The notes below the pieces were generated by a model. It saw nothing but the letters and a program-made list of their open reading frames with translations, did not search any database and was not told the origin of the DNA. From Promethearchaeota archaeon (GTDB lineage: Archaea; Asgardarchaeota; Lokiarchaeia; Sigyniarchaeales; SOKP01), in contig JABXKD010000010.1 of assembly GCA_013375475.1 (NCBI GenBank), forward strand, positions 1 to 63,638: 63,638 nucleotides of DNA. The letters run 5' to 3'. How positions within the stretch are numbered: position 1 is the stretch's first letter; the number at the start of each line of letters is the position of its first letter. Shown in pieces: positions 21,668 through 30,992 of the stretch. The position numbers and the translations under genes were made by a program.

Positions 21668-22816
21668 TTATTTCTGCTTAGATAAATATCTTATTTTAAC
21701 CAATAAATCTCTTAATTCCATTTTATCATTTTCAGCAGTAATATATTTCTTTTTTACTCCTTCTGATAATGGCATTGTTTTTATTTTATTGCCTTGTAAA
21801 GAAACCATGTTTCCAAATTTGCCTTCAAGGACTAATTTCATCGCAGCTAATCCAAATCTTAAACCAAGAATTCGATCGAATGAATTTGGTGTGCCTGCCC
21901 GCATAGTATGGCCTAATACAACGCTTCTACATTCAAAATCGATACCATTCTTCTGAAATTCTGATTTAAGATCCTTTCTTAAGGTTAGTTCATCAACAAT
22001 TATCTTCGATATATTTAATTTCGCAAGGAGAGGATTACCATAAGTGTCTTTAGGTAATTTATCAATAGTATCTTTCGAAATAGTTTTAAAATCTCTTAAT
22101 AATGATTCATTCCTAGGATACGCGCCTTCAGAAGTCGCTATTATATGGTACTTGTATCCCGCATTTACTCTATTTCTAAGGACTTCAACTATATCCTTTT
22201 CAAAATCAAAAGGTGTTTCAGGAATTAGTATTATGTCAGCACCAGCAGAAAGTCCACTATACATAGTAAGAAATCCTGCATCTCTGCCCATAATCTCTAC
22301 AACAAAGACTCTTTGATGGGATCTTGCTGTAGTAGTTAAATTATCCATTGCGTTAGAAGCGAGTTGCACTGCGCTCCAGAACCCAAACGTGTAATGAGTT
22401 CCCGCCAGATCATTATCAATCGTTTTGGGACATCCGATTACATTAGCTCTTGCATACTTATGCATAGCATCGGCAACGCTTAAAGTGTCGTCCCCTCCGA
22501 TCGCGATTAATGCATCAATTTCTAATTCTTCTAATTTATCTACCAATATGTGAGCAACATGTTCCTTAGATATAGCCCCTTTAAATGGATTAGTTCTGCT
22601 TGTGTATAATATAGTCCCTCCAATAGTATGTAAGTCATCGTGCTCTGCAATATTGAGCGGTATTGTTAAATTTTCCATGAAACCCTTCCAACCTTTGAGA
22701 ATTCCTACACATTCTATATCGGCATCATAAGCTTTTAACATTATTCCGTATATTACTGAGTTTAAACCAGGACAATCGCCGCCACCTGTGAGTATTCCAA
22801 TTTTTTTAATTGTCAA
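21668..22816 (-). CDS. 6-phosphofructokinase, PfkA family, PPi-type signature
   Basis: TGGGDCPGLN, GGDDT, PKTIDND, MGR, LGHTMR. Confidence 0.93.
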   Translation of the reverse strand: MTIKKIGILTGGGDCPGLNSVIYGIMLKAYDADIECVGILKGWKGFMENLTIPLNIAEHDDLHTIGGTILYTSRTNPFKGAISKEHVAHILVDKLEELEIDALIAIGGDDTLSVADAMHKYARANVIGCPKTIDNDLAGTHYTFGFWSAVQLASNAMDNLTTTARSHQRVFVVEIMGRDAGFLTMYSGLSAGADIILIPETPFDFEKDIVEVLRNRVNAGYKYHIIATSEGAYPRNESLLRDFKTISKDTIDKLPKDTYGNPLLAKLNISKIIVDELTLRKDLKSEFQKNGIDFECRSVVLGHTMRAGTPNSFDRILGLRFGLAAMKLVLEGKFGNMVSLQGNKIKTMPLSEGVKKKYITAENDKMELRDLLVKIRYLSKQK

Positions 22817-22893
22817 TAGATTTCACACTTTTTTTATATCAATTTCAAATATAAATATCTAATTAGAATTAATGATAAATTCACTTATTACTT

Positions 22894-23469
22894 TTAATTT
22901 AGTTCATTATTTTCCAATTTTTCAAATGAGTATTTTGATTCATCCTCTGGAATAATATAACTTCCGCCACCCCTGTCAGTTATTATTAGAGTGAATTTAA
23001 AATCTCCTTTTAATGCTTCATTTAGATTTTGTAAAACTTCATCAATTTCTTCTATTTGAACATCATCATCTTCGAGATTTTTGCGATAAATTGAAACTGC
23101 ATTTTCAAATCTAAATAAAATGCCTTCTACATTGGTATAGTAAAAGTCTGCGCGTGGACCGGGTTCTACAAATAATTCCAACTCTGGAATTTCTAATCTT
23201 CCTACTGGAGAACGGTAGATTTTTGATTTTAAATCACTTTCATTAGTAACTCTCAGAGTTATTATTCCTGGAGTATTGTTAGCGGTTAATGGAATTACGT
23301 CATTATTAGAAAATTCGCAAATATCACATTCAAACTTAATTATTAGCATTTTATCTCCATCAGGTACGTCATATGTAGTTTTAGAAATTTTTATTTTACC
23401 TTTATCGCATAAAGGACACTTGAACGAAAAGTCTAATTCTTCACTATTTCGTTTTTCTGACACCATCAC
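22894..23469 (-). CDS. ZPR1-type zinc finger protein
   Basis: CPLC...CDIC, IPELELFVEPG, TNVEGIL, D..GGS. Confidence 0.92.
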   Translation of the reverse strand: MMVSEKRNSEELDFSFKCPLCDKGKIKISKTTYDVPDGDKMLIIKFECDICEFSNNDVIPLTANNTPGIITLRVTNESDLKSKIYRSPVGRLEIPELELFVEPGPRADFYYTNVEGILFRFENAVSIYRKNLEDDDVQIEEIDEVLQNLNEALKGDFKFTLIITDRGGGSYIIPEDESKYSFEKLENNELN

Positions 23470-23699
23470 TCACTACATTTAGAATGTAAAGTTATAGTTA
23501 ATATGAATATTCATTAATTTCTGTGGCTTACTTATAAAATTTATCCAGAAATTTTTAATTTATTGCTAGTTACTTTACCTTAGTAGTTCTATTTACGATA
23601 ATTTTATAAGTTTTCCAAAAAAAAAATACTATATTATCGTTTTACAGTTATTATTATTATCAAAATTATAAGATCGAATAAGTAAAAGGATGGAAAAAA

Positions 23700-24284
23700 T
23701 TGACGGATAATGGAATAATAGAAATCACTTTTCATGGTCGAGGAGGTCAAACAGCTATCACTGCTAGTCAACTACTAGCGCAATTGGCTTATGAGGAAAG
23801 TTTTATAGATGCCATTGCAATACCTATTATTGGAGCTGAGAGGAGAGGGGCCCCTATTCAAGCATTTACTAAGCTATCAAGGAACAAAAAGATAAAGACT
23901 TACGACAGTGTAACTGATCCAGATTATATGTTAATTTTTGATCCCTCTTTATTAGATATTCCTAGGGTGTTAGCAACGATAAAGAGCGGAGTCACATTAT
24001 TAATCAATACTAAAAATCCGATCGATACTTGTGAATTTCCTGAGGGCATTAAAATTTTTATTGTTGATGCTACAGGAATCTGTATAAAATTAGGATTCAT
24101 GCATTCGAGCGGACCGATATTAAACATTCCAATGCTTGGGGCATTTGGACAGTTATCCGGATTTTATAACCTAGACACGATGAAAAAAGTGATCTATAGT
24201 GAATTTGGAGAGCCTAGGGGTAAGAAGAATCTAGAAGTAGCTATCGAAGCATATAATAATGTTAAAGAGGTTGAATTTGAATGA
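23700..24284 (+). CDS. Pyruvate/2-oxoacid:ferredoxin oxidoreductase gamma subunit
   Basis: HGRGGQ, GAERRGAP, VDAT, NIPMLGA. Confidence 0.95.
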   Translation: MTDNGIIEITFHGRGGQTAITASQLLAQLAYEESFIDAIAIPIIGAERRGAPIQAFTKLSRNKKIKTYDSVTDPDYMLIFDPSLLDIPRVLATIKSGVTLLINTKNPIDTCEFPEGIKIFIVDATGICIKLGFMHSSGPILNIPMLGAFGQLSGFYNLDTMKKVIYSEFGEPRGKKNLEVAIEAYNNVKEVEFE

Positions 24285-24619
24285 ATAAAGTGAAATGGAA
24301 GAACATATGTGAAGACAGAGATAAAAGACCCGAAGTTCAAGAATATAAAAACTGGAAAGAACTACCTCCAATACCAATATCATTCCCTATAAAGGGAAGT
24401 ATTGGCACTACGGGAGATTGGAGAACGTTTAAACCTGTTTTAGATCGAGATACTTGTACTAAGTGTGGTATATGTTGGATGTATTGCCCCGAAGGTACAA
24501 TCATCAGAAATGAAGAAGGAGAATTTGAGGTAGATTATGTTTATTGTAAAGGTTGTGGTATTTGCGCTAAAGAATGCCCCACAAAAAGTATAGAGATGAT
24601 TAGAGAGAGTGAAGTTTAA
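24281..24619 (+). CDS. porD: Pyruvate/2-oxoacid:ferredoxin oxidoreductase delta subunit
   Basis: TGDWRTFKP; CTKCGICWMYCP and CKGCGICAKECP. Confidence 0.95.
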   Translation: MNKVKWKNICEDRDKRPEVQEYKNWKELPPIPISFPIKGSIGTTGDWRTFKPVLDRDTCTKCGICWMYCPEGTIIRNEEGEFEVDYVYCKGCGICAKECPTKSIEMIRESEV

Positions 24620-24620
24620 T

Positions 24621-25877
24621 ATGGTTGAAGCACAAGAAGATTTTATTCAGGAAAGAGAAACAAAAATAATTAAAGGAAATGTGGCTGCAGCTTACGCTGC
24701 GAAATCTGCAAGAGTCCAAGTAATAAGCGCATATCCTATTACTCCTCAAACTACTGTAGTAGAAAAATTATCAGAGTTTGCAGATAATGGTGAGATGCCA
24801 GGAACTCAATATATTAAAGTAGAATCCGAACATTCGGTTATGGCTTCAATAATAGGCGCAAGCACTGCAGGGACTCGCACCTTCACTGCTACTTCGGGAC
24901 AAGGATTATTTTACATGTATGAGATGGTTCATTGGGCAGCAGGTGCGCGATTGCCAATAGTAACTACCATTGCTTCGAGAGGTCCTGCTCCTCCATGGAA
25001 CATTTGGGCAGACTTTACTGATATAATAAGTTGTAGAGATACTGGTTGGATGATTTCATTTGCTTCAAGTCATCAAGAGATCTATGACGATATATTAATG
25101 TCATATAAAATTTGTGAAGATCACGATATTTTATTGCCTAAATTCGTTGCTTATGGCGGATTTACTCTTTCTCATACATCAAAACCTGTAACCATCGAGG
25201 AACAAGACGAAGTTGATGATTTTTTACCGCCACTTCCAGATGAAAAAGGATGGCCTCATATTTTTCTCGATCCTGAAAGACCAATGATGCACGGGAATTT
25301 AATTATGCCATCAGGTTTTTATTACGAATTTAGGTTAAGAATTCATTATACTCATATTATTGCAAAGCAAAAAATCAAGGATGTTGCAGCAGAATTTGAG
25401 AAAAAATTTGGTAGATCATATGGAAATGGATTAATCGAAGAATATAAAATGAAAGATGCGGAAGTTGCTATAATTAATTATGGTGAACTCGCTATGCAGA
25501 TGGAAGACGCGGTTGATGATCTTAGAAATGAAGGATATAAGGTGGGATGTGTTAAATTAAGATATTTACGACCATTTCCTGTAGAAGACATCATACAAAT
25601 TGCTAATAAAGTTAAGGTTCTTGGTGTAGCTGACAGAGCTACTGCGTTTGGATCACCAACTGGAGGGCCTGTAAGTAGTGAAGTGCTGGCAGCTCTATAT
25701 GGTTCGGGAGTAACCACAAAAATTTTACCAATCGTAATGGGTTTAGGTGGTAGAGAAGTAGGATTAGAACAACAGAAGAATCAATTAAAAATATTGAATA
25801 AATTAAATGAAACTGGAGAACTCCCAAAAGATATGATTGAAGGGACTCTCTGGGATGGACTATTGGAGGTTGATTAA
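24621..25877 (+). CDS. porA: Pyruvate/2-oxoacid:ferredoxin oxidoreductase alpha subunit
   Basis: AYPITPQT, ESEHS, TATSGQG, RPFP, GLGGR; ATG 24621 follows the delta-subunit stop. Confidence 0.96.
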   Translation: MVEAQEDFIQERETKIIKGNVAAAYAAKSARVQVISAYPITPQTTVVEKLSEFADNGEMPGTQYIKVESEHSVMASIIGASTAGTRTFTATSGQGLFYMYEMVHWAAGARLPIVTTIASRGPAPPWNIWADFTDIISCRDTGWMISFASSHQEIYDDILMSYKICEDHDILLPKFVAYGGFTLSHTSKPVTIEEQDEVDDFLPPLPDEKGWPHIFLDPERPMMHGNLIMPSGFYYEFRLRIHYTHIIAKQKIKDVAAEFEKKFGRSYGNGLIEEYKMKDAEVAIINYGELAMQMEDAVDDLRNEGYKVGCVKLRYLRPFPVEDIIQIANKVKVLGVADRATAFGSPTGGPVSSEVLAALYGSGVTTKILPIVMGLGGREVGLEQQKNQLKILNKLNETGELPKDMIEGTLWDGLLEVD

Positions 25878-25879
25878 AC

Positions 25880-26818
25880 ATGGTATCTATTAAAGAAGCA
25901 TTAGAAATAGGACAGGAAGAATTTTTTTTAGCTGGAAATTCTACATGTGCTGGATGTGGTCTTGAAATCGCTTTAAGGTGGGCTATGAAAGCACTTGGAC
26001 CTAATACTTCGTTAGTTACACCTGCAAGTTGTTTAAATGTTGTTGTAGGATTATGGCCAAAGACAGCACCAAACTTTCCATTCATGAATATGGCGTTTGC
26101 CGCTGCTGCCGCTGCTGCTACAGGTATCTCAGCAGCCTTTAAAGTAAAAGCTCATAGATTTCCGGGCAAGGTTTGGGAAAAAATGACAACATTAGTTTTT
26201 GCTGGTGATGGGGGAACTACAGATATTGGAATTCAAGGTTTAAGTGGTGCTGCTGAAAGGAACTCTAATATCATATATTGTTGTTACGATAATGAAGCAT
26301 ATATGAACACTGGAATTCAACGATCCTCTAGTACTCCACATGGGGCAATTACAACAACTACCACATTAGGAAAAGAACGATACAAAAAAAATCTACCGAG
26401 AATAATGGCAGCACACGAAATCCCTTATGTTGCTACTTGTTCAGCAAGTGAACCTCTCGATATCTACGAGAAATTTAAAAAAGCAAAAACAATTGATGGC
26501 TGCAAATATATCCACATTTTAGCTTCCTGTCCTCCTGGATGGGGTATTGCATCTGAAGATTCTGTCGAAATCCCTAGATTAGCAGTTAAAACAGGTTCAT
26601 GGATATTATATGAAATCGAAAATGGCGTTTTAACTTTATCAAAAAAGAGTAAATCATTATTAGATCCTACAAAAAGAGCTCCACTAATTGATTACTTATC
26701 TAGACAGAAACGATTTTCAAAGTTATCAGAAAAAGAATTAATTGAACTTCAAGAGAGACTCGATCTTCAATGGTCTAAAATCGCTGATGAAATATCCTGC
26801 CAAGAAAATCATCAGTGA
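25880..26818 (+). CDS. porB: Pyruvate/2-oxoacid:ferredoxin oxidoreductase beta subunit
   Basis: CAGCG, GDGGTTDIG...DNEAYMNTGIQRS TPP-binding motif, CPPGW. Confidence 0.96.
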   Translation: MVSIKEALEIGQEEFFLAGNSTCAGCGLEIALRWAMKALGPNTSLVTPASCLNVVVGLWPKTAPNFPFMNMAFAAAAAAATGISAAFKVKAHRFPGKVWEKMTTLVFAGDGGTTDIGIQGLSGAAERNSNIIYCCYDNEAYMNTGIQRSSSTPHGAITTTTTLGKERYKKNLPRIMAAHEIPYVATCSASEPLDIYEKFKKAKTIDGCKYIHILASCPPGWGIASEDSVEIPRLAVKTGSWILYEIENGVLTLSKKSKSLLDPTKRAPLIDYLSRQKRFSKLSEKELIELQERLDLQWSKIADEISCQENHQ

Positions 26819-26863
26819 AGCCTTTTTTATTACGAAATTAACTTATAATCCAGAGGAATCCAG

Positions 26864-26953
26864 ATGGGTTTTTTAATAAGACTTAAAGGAAAAGAAATTC
26901 AAGATTTAGAATTTTTTCTCGAAATTGCAGTGGAGAATATTATTGAATTTTGA
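26864..26953 (+). pseudogene. sua5: Stranded 5' fragment (29 codons) of a sua5/tsaC gene
   Basis: MGFLIRLKGKEIQDLEFFLEIAVENIIEF* aligns without gaps to residues 1-28 of the Sua5 at 37917 (MGLLLKIAGKKLEDIDVFLEKTVEIINN), 12/28 identical; GAGG SD upstream; directly follows porB. Confidence 0.8.
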
Positions 26954-26969
26954 GGTTTATTTTTGGGGT

Positions 26970-26985
26970 TCATACTTTCGTATAA
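26970..26985 (+). repeat. Left terminal direct repeat TCATACTTTCGTATAA
   Basis: 15/16 identical to 37823-37838. Confidence 0.7.
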
Positions 26986-27009
26986 TATATCAAGATACAT
27001 AGCGGGAAG

Positions 27010-27046
27010 ATTTCGTGGCACATTATTAGGGGTATCGTGGCACGAT
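27010..27046. promoter_or_regulatory. Two TCGTGGCAC motifs, including the palindrome ATCGTG-G-CACGAT; candidate operator
   Basis: ATTTCGTGGCAC at 27010-27021 recurs at 29607-29618; palindrome at 27034-27046. Confidence 0.5.
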
Positions 27047-27181
27047 TGGGAAAAAGCGTGATACGAAACGATTAAATTTTTTTTAATTTTTCGGAATTGT
27101 GCGATTTAAATTCCGATTTTTTTTGAAATAATAATTAACTTTCTATAAGAAAGAGTGAGGAAATAAATAAAAATAATTATT

Positions 27182-29239
27182 TTAAAAAACCTTTTTTTTC
27201 CACTTTGAGTTGAGAACCAAGACAACTGAAACCAAGGAAATTATGCTAATAATTAAAATTATATTATATCCGGAAATTGCTTCTTCAGGTGGAGCAGGTA
27301 TATATTGCCTATATTCATTTTTGATATCATCATAAACCATTTCTCCAGTTTCAAGGTTGATGTTATGAAATGCAACGAAGAAATTGTAGCTAATTACAGC
27401 TCCAGCCGAAATTGAGGCTTCCTCTACAGTAAAGTCAATGTAACCTCTAATTGGACTAATTGAACTTAATCTATAAAGTGGAATTATTTGGTTTGCATCA
27501 GTAGAGCCGTCTAAATATCCAACAGTAACTGCATCTCCAGTTGAATCATCGTATATTGTATAAAAAGGTTTGCTCGCTGAAGCGGCATAATCGTTCCAAC
27601 CAGTCGTGCCCTTAAATGGGACTTCGCCCTGGCCATAAATGAACAATCGATCATTTCTTATTGAATCAGGAAAAAAACCAGCTCCTAGTAATCCTCTGAA
27701 ACTATTTAGGACATTTATTCCATCGTGAATGTGTGAAGGTATCTCATCAATAATAATTTGATTGTTGTCAATGTTCTTAATGTCGGTATGAATCAAAAAG
27801 TAGGATTCATAGCCAGGAGGCAAAACAATTGATGTGTTCCACTGAACTTGATTGCTTGCTGTTTCTCTTAATGTAGAGATACGATAGGAACTCGCAGTAC
27901 CATAGTCTAGGTCGGTCGAGATACTGATATCATATGCATCGTAGCTTTCTGTTCTATCTTGACCGCCACTACTCGCAAAGAAATCACCTTCATCATCTAG
28001 ATCTGGTTCTAATGTAATGGGGGTATCGAATAGATATTGATTAATGGTAGTTACTCGAGAAAAAAGTGCACCTGTAGGAGATTCTAAAATTGAGCTATTC
28101 ATGGAGATCATTATTTCATTATTTGAAAGGACTAAATTATCTGAAAAAATTGGTTTGAAATCAATATCGTCTTCAAAATAATAAGGTATGTCACCGATTC
28201 CATCAAGATTATTATCTACACCTTCGTAATCGTACCAATAATTACCTGTGATTGAATTATTCCAATCATTATTTCCATTGGATAGATGGGCGTTTATCTC
28301 ATTGTTTAAGAAGTAATTTCTATACATTAAATTATTTTGAGTTGCAGCAAATGATGGAGAAAAAATTCCATATTCGTTATCATATAGCTTATTCCCGGTG
28401 AAGTTATTATTATTAGCATTACTTTCTAAGTAGATACCATTTCCACATCTCTCAATAACATTATTAATAATATTATGACCTCTATAAAGACCTGAACTTG
28501 AATTATAAGTTGTAAATATTTGAATTCCATCTTCAGAATTACTAATATAATTATTTGAACAGGTAAGATTAGAAACATAACCTGCCAAATCAATTCCTTC
28601 TCTAGTATTATTTACGATCAAGTTATTTGTAATTATGCTATTTACTATATGTTGGTCACAGTGAATACCACCCCAAATACAATTTTTTATTATATTATTT
28701 GCAACTTTGGAGTTATCACCTGAAAAATAAATACCAACATAACTTTTAAAAATTCTATTTTCTGATATTAAGCAGTTTTCCAACCAAAGAGTATTAATTC
28801 CTACCCATTCGTTATTATACGAAGTATTGTTCGTTATGATTCCATTCTTTATATTAGTTAGTTTAAACGCACCATCTGGACCCCATACCCCTGCAGAATT
28901 ATACACTGTACAGTTTCGGACTATAAAATATTTGGAGCTATCGATAATTTTGATACCATAATCTCCATCTAAGGCATCAATTCTAACATTTTCTATTACA
29001 TAAGGATCCATTTCTGTTCCTGAGCCTGTACACCAATCATAATTAGACTCGTGATATGCCCAATTCCTCGAGCCATCATTATCATCTATAAATATTGGAC
29101 TTCCTGTGAGATCCCAAAAGTCATTACTTTTAAGACCTTCCTCTTCAGAATTAATTTGCACCTTAAATAATGACGAATTAATTGATATCGTGAAAATAAA
29201 AATCATTAGGAGAGATATTAAAGTTTTCTCATATTTCAT
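27182..29239 (-). CDS. Cell-surface NosD/right-handed beta-helix protein with Loki-CTERM-type anchor
   Basis: Signal peptide; GSGTEMDPYVIEN; N-rich beta-helix repeats; GNYWYDYEGVDNNLDGIGDIPY; C-terminal ISGYN + TM helix + KKK. Confidence 0.88.
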   Translation of the reverse strand: MKYEKTLISLLMIFIFTISINSSLFKVQINSEEEGLKSNDFWDLTGSPIFIDDNDGSRNWAYHESNYDWCTGSGTEMDPYVIENVRIDALDGDYGIKIIDSSKYFIVRNCTVYNSAGVWGPDGAFKLTNIKNGIITNNTSYNNEWVGINTLWLENCLISENRIFKSYVGIYFSGDNSKVANNIIKNCIWGGIHCDQHIVNSIITNNLIVNNTREGIDLAGYVSNLTCSNNYISNSEDGIQIFTTYNSSSGLYRGHNIINNVIERCGNGIYLESNANNNNFTGNKLYDNEYGIFSPSFAATQNNLMYRNYFLNNEINAHLSNGNNDWNNSITGNYWYDYEGVDNNLDGIGDIPYYFEDDIDFKPIFSDNLVLSNNEIMISMNSSILESPTGALFSRVTTINQYLFDTPITLEPDLDDEGDFFASSGGQDRTESYDAYDISISTDLDYGTASSYRISTLRETASNQVQWNTSIVLPPGYESYFLIHTDIKNIDNNQIIIDEIPSHIHDGINVLNSFRGLLGAGFFPDSIRNDRLFIYGQGEVPFKGTTGWNDYAASASKPFYTIYDDSTGDAVTVGYLDGSTDANQIIPLYRLSSISPIRGYIDFTVEEASISAGAVISYNFFVAFHNINLETGEMVYDDIKNEYRQYIPAPPEEAISGYNIILIISIISLVSVVLVLNSKWKKKVF

Positions 29240-29605
29240 AGGATCACTTTTTTTCTAAACTAATTGGATTAAAGAGCTATTATTTACTACTAATAAAGAT
29301 CTACTTTTAAATCTTATTGCTTTTACTTTCTTAATCTATTAATTGTTCAGCAAATAAATGTTGGTTTAGAAACTAATACTCATTAAAATCGAGAGAAGAT
29401 GCTACTAGTCACTTTTGAAGCGATCAGAGTTAGGCTATATAAGAATTGGTATTATTAGGAGAAATACATGAGAAATAACGAGAAGCCCTGTTGTATAGAA
29501 TAAGGGTTGGGATTCACAAACACACGACGAATTTAATTACTGGTTAATACTGAAATAGTTTGCGGGCTAATATTGCTATAAGGTATTAAATAATACTACA
29601 AGAAG

Positions 29606-29624
29606 AATTTCGTGGCACGGAATT
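29606..29624. promoter_or_regulatory. Near-perfect palindrome AATTTCGTG-G-CACGGAATT upstream of the RHH gene
   Basis: Same core as the 27010/27034 motifs; ~70 bp before the RHH start. Confidence 0.5.
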
Positions 29625-29695
29625 AAGGTTGGGCATTAAATAGTTGCGTTTAAATAGGTATTTATGGGTAATCGATGGTATGTTAGGAGTGGGCT

Positions 29696-30013
29696 GTGGG
29701 GAGACGGAAGAAATTTGGGGAGGAATCGGGGTTCGTAAACGTTCGGGTGCCGAAAAGTAAGGTTTCGGAGTACCGCGACGCAATTAAGAAGTTAGTTGAC
29801 GAAAAATTTACCCGCGACACAGATAAATTACGCGAAAAAGAGGGGGATAAGGGGAATCTGGGAAAAGAGAGGGTTGTATTTCGCGATTTTCGGGAGTTCG
29901 GGAAAAAAGTAGAAGATAAGGGCGATAATAACACAGACGACGAGGACGATTTCATTGCAGAGATATTTAAAGAAGTAGATAAACACGTGAAGGGCAGAAA
30001 GGACAACGAATAA
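29696..30013 (+). CDS. CopG/ribbon-helix-helix-like DNA-binding protein with acidic tail
   Basis: MGRRKKFGEESGFVNVRVPKSKVSEYRDAIKKLV (beta strand then helix); GTG start with an AGGAG SD. Confidence 0.7.
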   Translation: MGRRKKFGEESGFVNVRVPKSKVSEYRDAIKKLVDEKFTRDTDKLREKEGDKGNLGKERVVFRDFREFGKKVEDKGDNNTDDEDDFIAEIFKEVDKHVKGRKDNE

Positions 30014-30059
30014 TCAGCGCATTTCATGATTTAGGGTTTGGTTTTCATTTTACCGTTAA

Positions 30060-30785
30060 ATGTCAACATTTTTATTTAAGCGAATTTTCTTAGTTCGTAA
30101 AAAAATAAAAGATGTGGCAAAAATGCCTAATTATTGTCGTAATTGTGGCGTCCAACTTAAGAAAAAGAAAGGAAATTGCTCCCATTGTGGAACGCCGTTC
30201 GTTCAAGATCGAAAATTACAAATTCCAAAAAGATATCAACTATCAGAATATTTTTACAAAAAAAGATTTGGTGAACTTCCAGCTAGGGAAAAAGTGTCTA
30301 TAAGAGCATTAAGTAAAAATGAAGATCCATGTTTTCACCTTTTTGAAGCTATGGATTTAATGGATGAAGCCTCAGATTTCCTAATGGATGCCAGAGATCT
30401 CCTAGAAAAAAAGGTTGTATACCTATGGAGAAAAGAAATTGACTTAAAATACGGACTAAACAGCGATAAATTACCTAATTATTGTTCTAATTGTGGATAT
30501 AAAATTACAAACGATTTGATATCGTGTCCTAAATGTGAAGAAGTGTTGGTTTACGAAAAGCTTGAGTACGAAAAAGCAATTGGATACATTCAAAAAGCGA
30601 TTGATATAGATCCTACTAATGGAGACATAAAACTCATTTTAGAATGTGCTCAAAGAGTACTAGAAGAGCAAAATGATCCGAAGAACGCTCGAGATCATTT
30701 AAATATGACTTATAAGCCTTACCGTTCCTTGCTAAATCGTTACATCTCAAGATATGAAGAAATTCGAGCTTATCTTGGAATATAA
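30060..30785 (+). CDS. Double zinc-ribbon protein with TPR-like C-terminus (start may be ATG 30123)
   Basis: PNYCRNCG..CSHCG and PNYCSNCG..CPKC; YEKAIGYIQKAIDIDP TPR-like helix. Confidence 0.75.
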   Translation: MSTFLFKRIFLVRKKIKDVAKMPNYCRNCGVQLKKKKGNCSHCGTPFVQDRKLQIPKRYQLSEYFYKKRFGELPAREKVSIRALSKNEDPCFHLFEAMDLMDEASDFLMDARDLLEKKVVYLWRKEIDLKYGLNSDKLPNYCSNCGYKITNDLISCPKCEEVLVYEKLEYEKAIGYIQKAIDIDPTNGDIKLILECAQRVLEEQNDPKNARDHLNMTYKPYRSLLNRYISRYEEIRAYLGI

Positions 30786-30805
30786 ACCTCAATAAATATG
30801 GTATT

Positions 30806-30833
30806 GCAAGGAAACCCCTTCGGTTTCCTTCGC
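30806..30833. terminator. GC-rich hairpin between convergent genes
   Basis: AAGGAAACC-CCTTC-GGTTTCCTT, 9-bp perfect stem. Confidence 0.55.
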
Positions 30834-30992
30834 GAACCATCCCGCTCATTTTCAAAGGGTGCTCGGTTGTATCGCTCCTAAAGCTCGCTTCACAACTGTC
30901 GCTCCTTTTAAAATTCGGCAAACAATCTAATAATTGCACGGTAGGCGTCCAGTACTCGTTTTTTAGTATTCCGAACCAATTTTTTTTGGTCG

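Noticed and set aside
26975-27002. Full dif/loxP-like site at the left repeat
   Set aside because: Only one arm resembles the consensus; no inverted second arm at either repeat copy
29586-30027. Minus-strand ORFs 29586-29783 and 29683-30027
   Set aside because: Antisense shadows of the RHH gene, which has an SD and a recognisable motif
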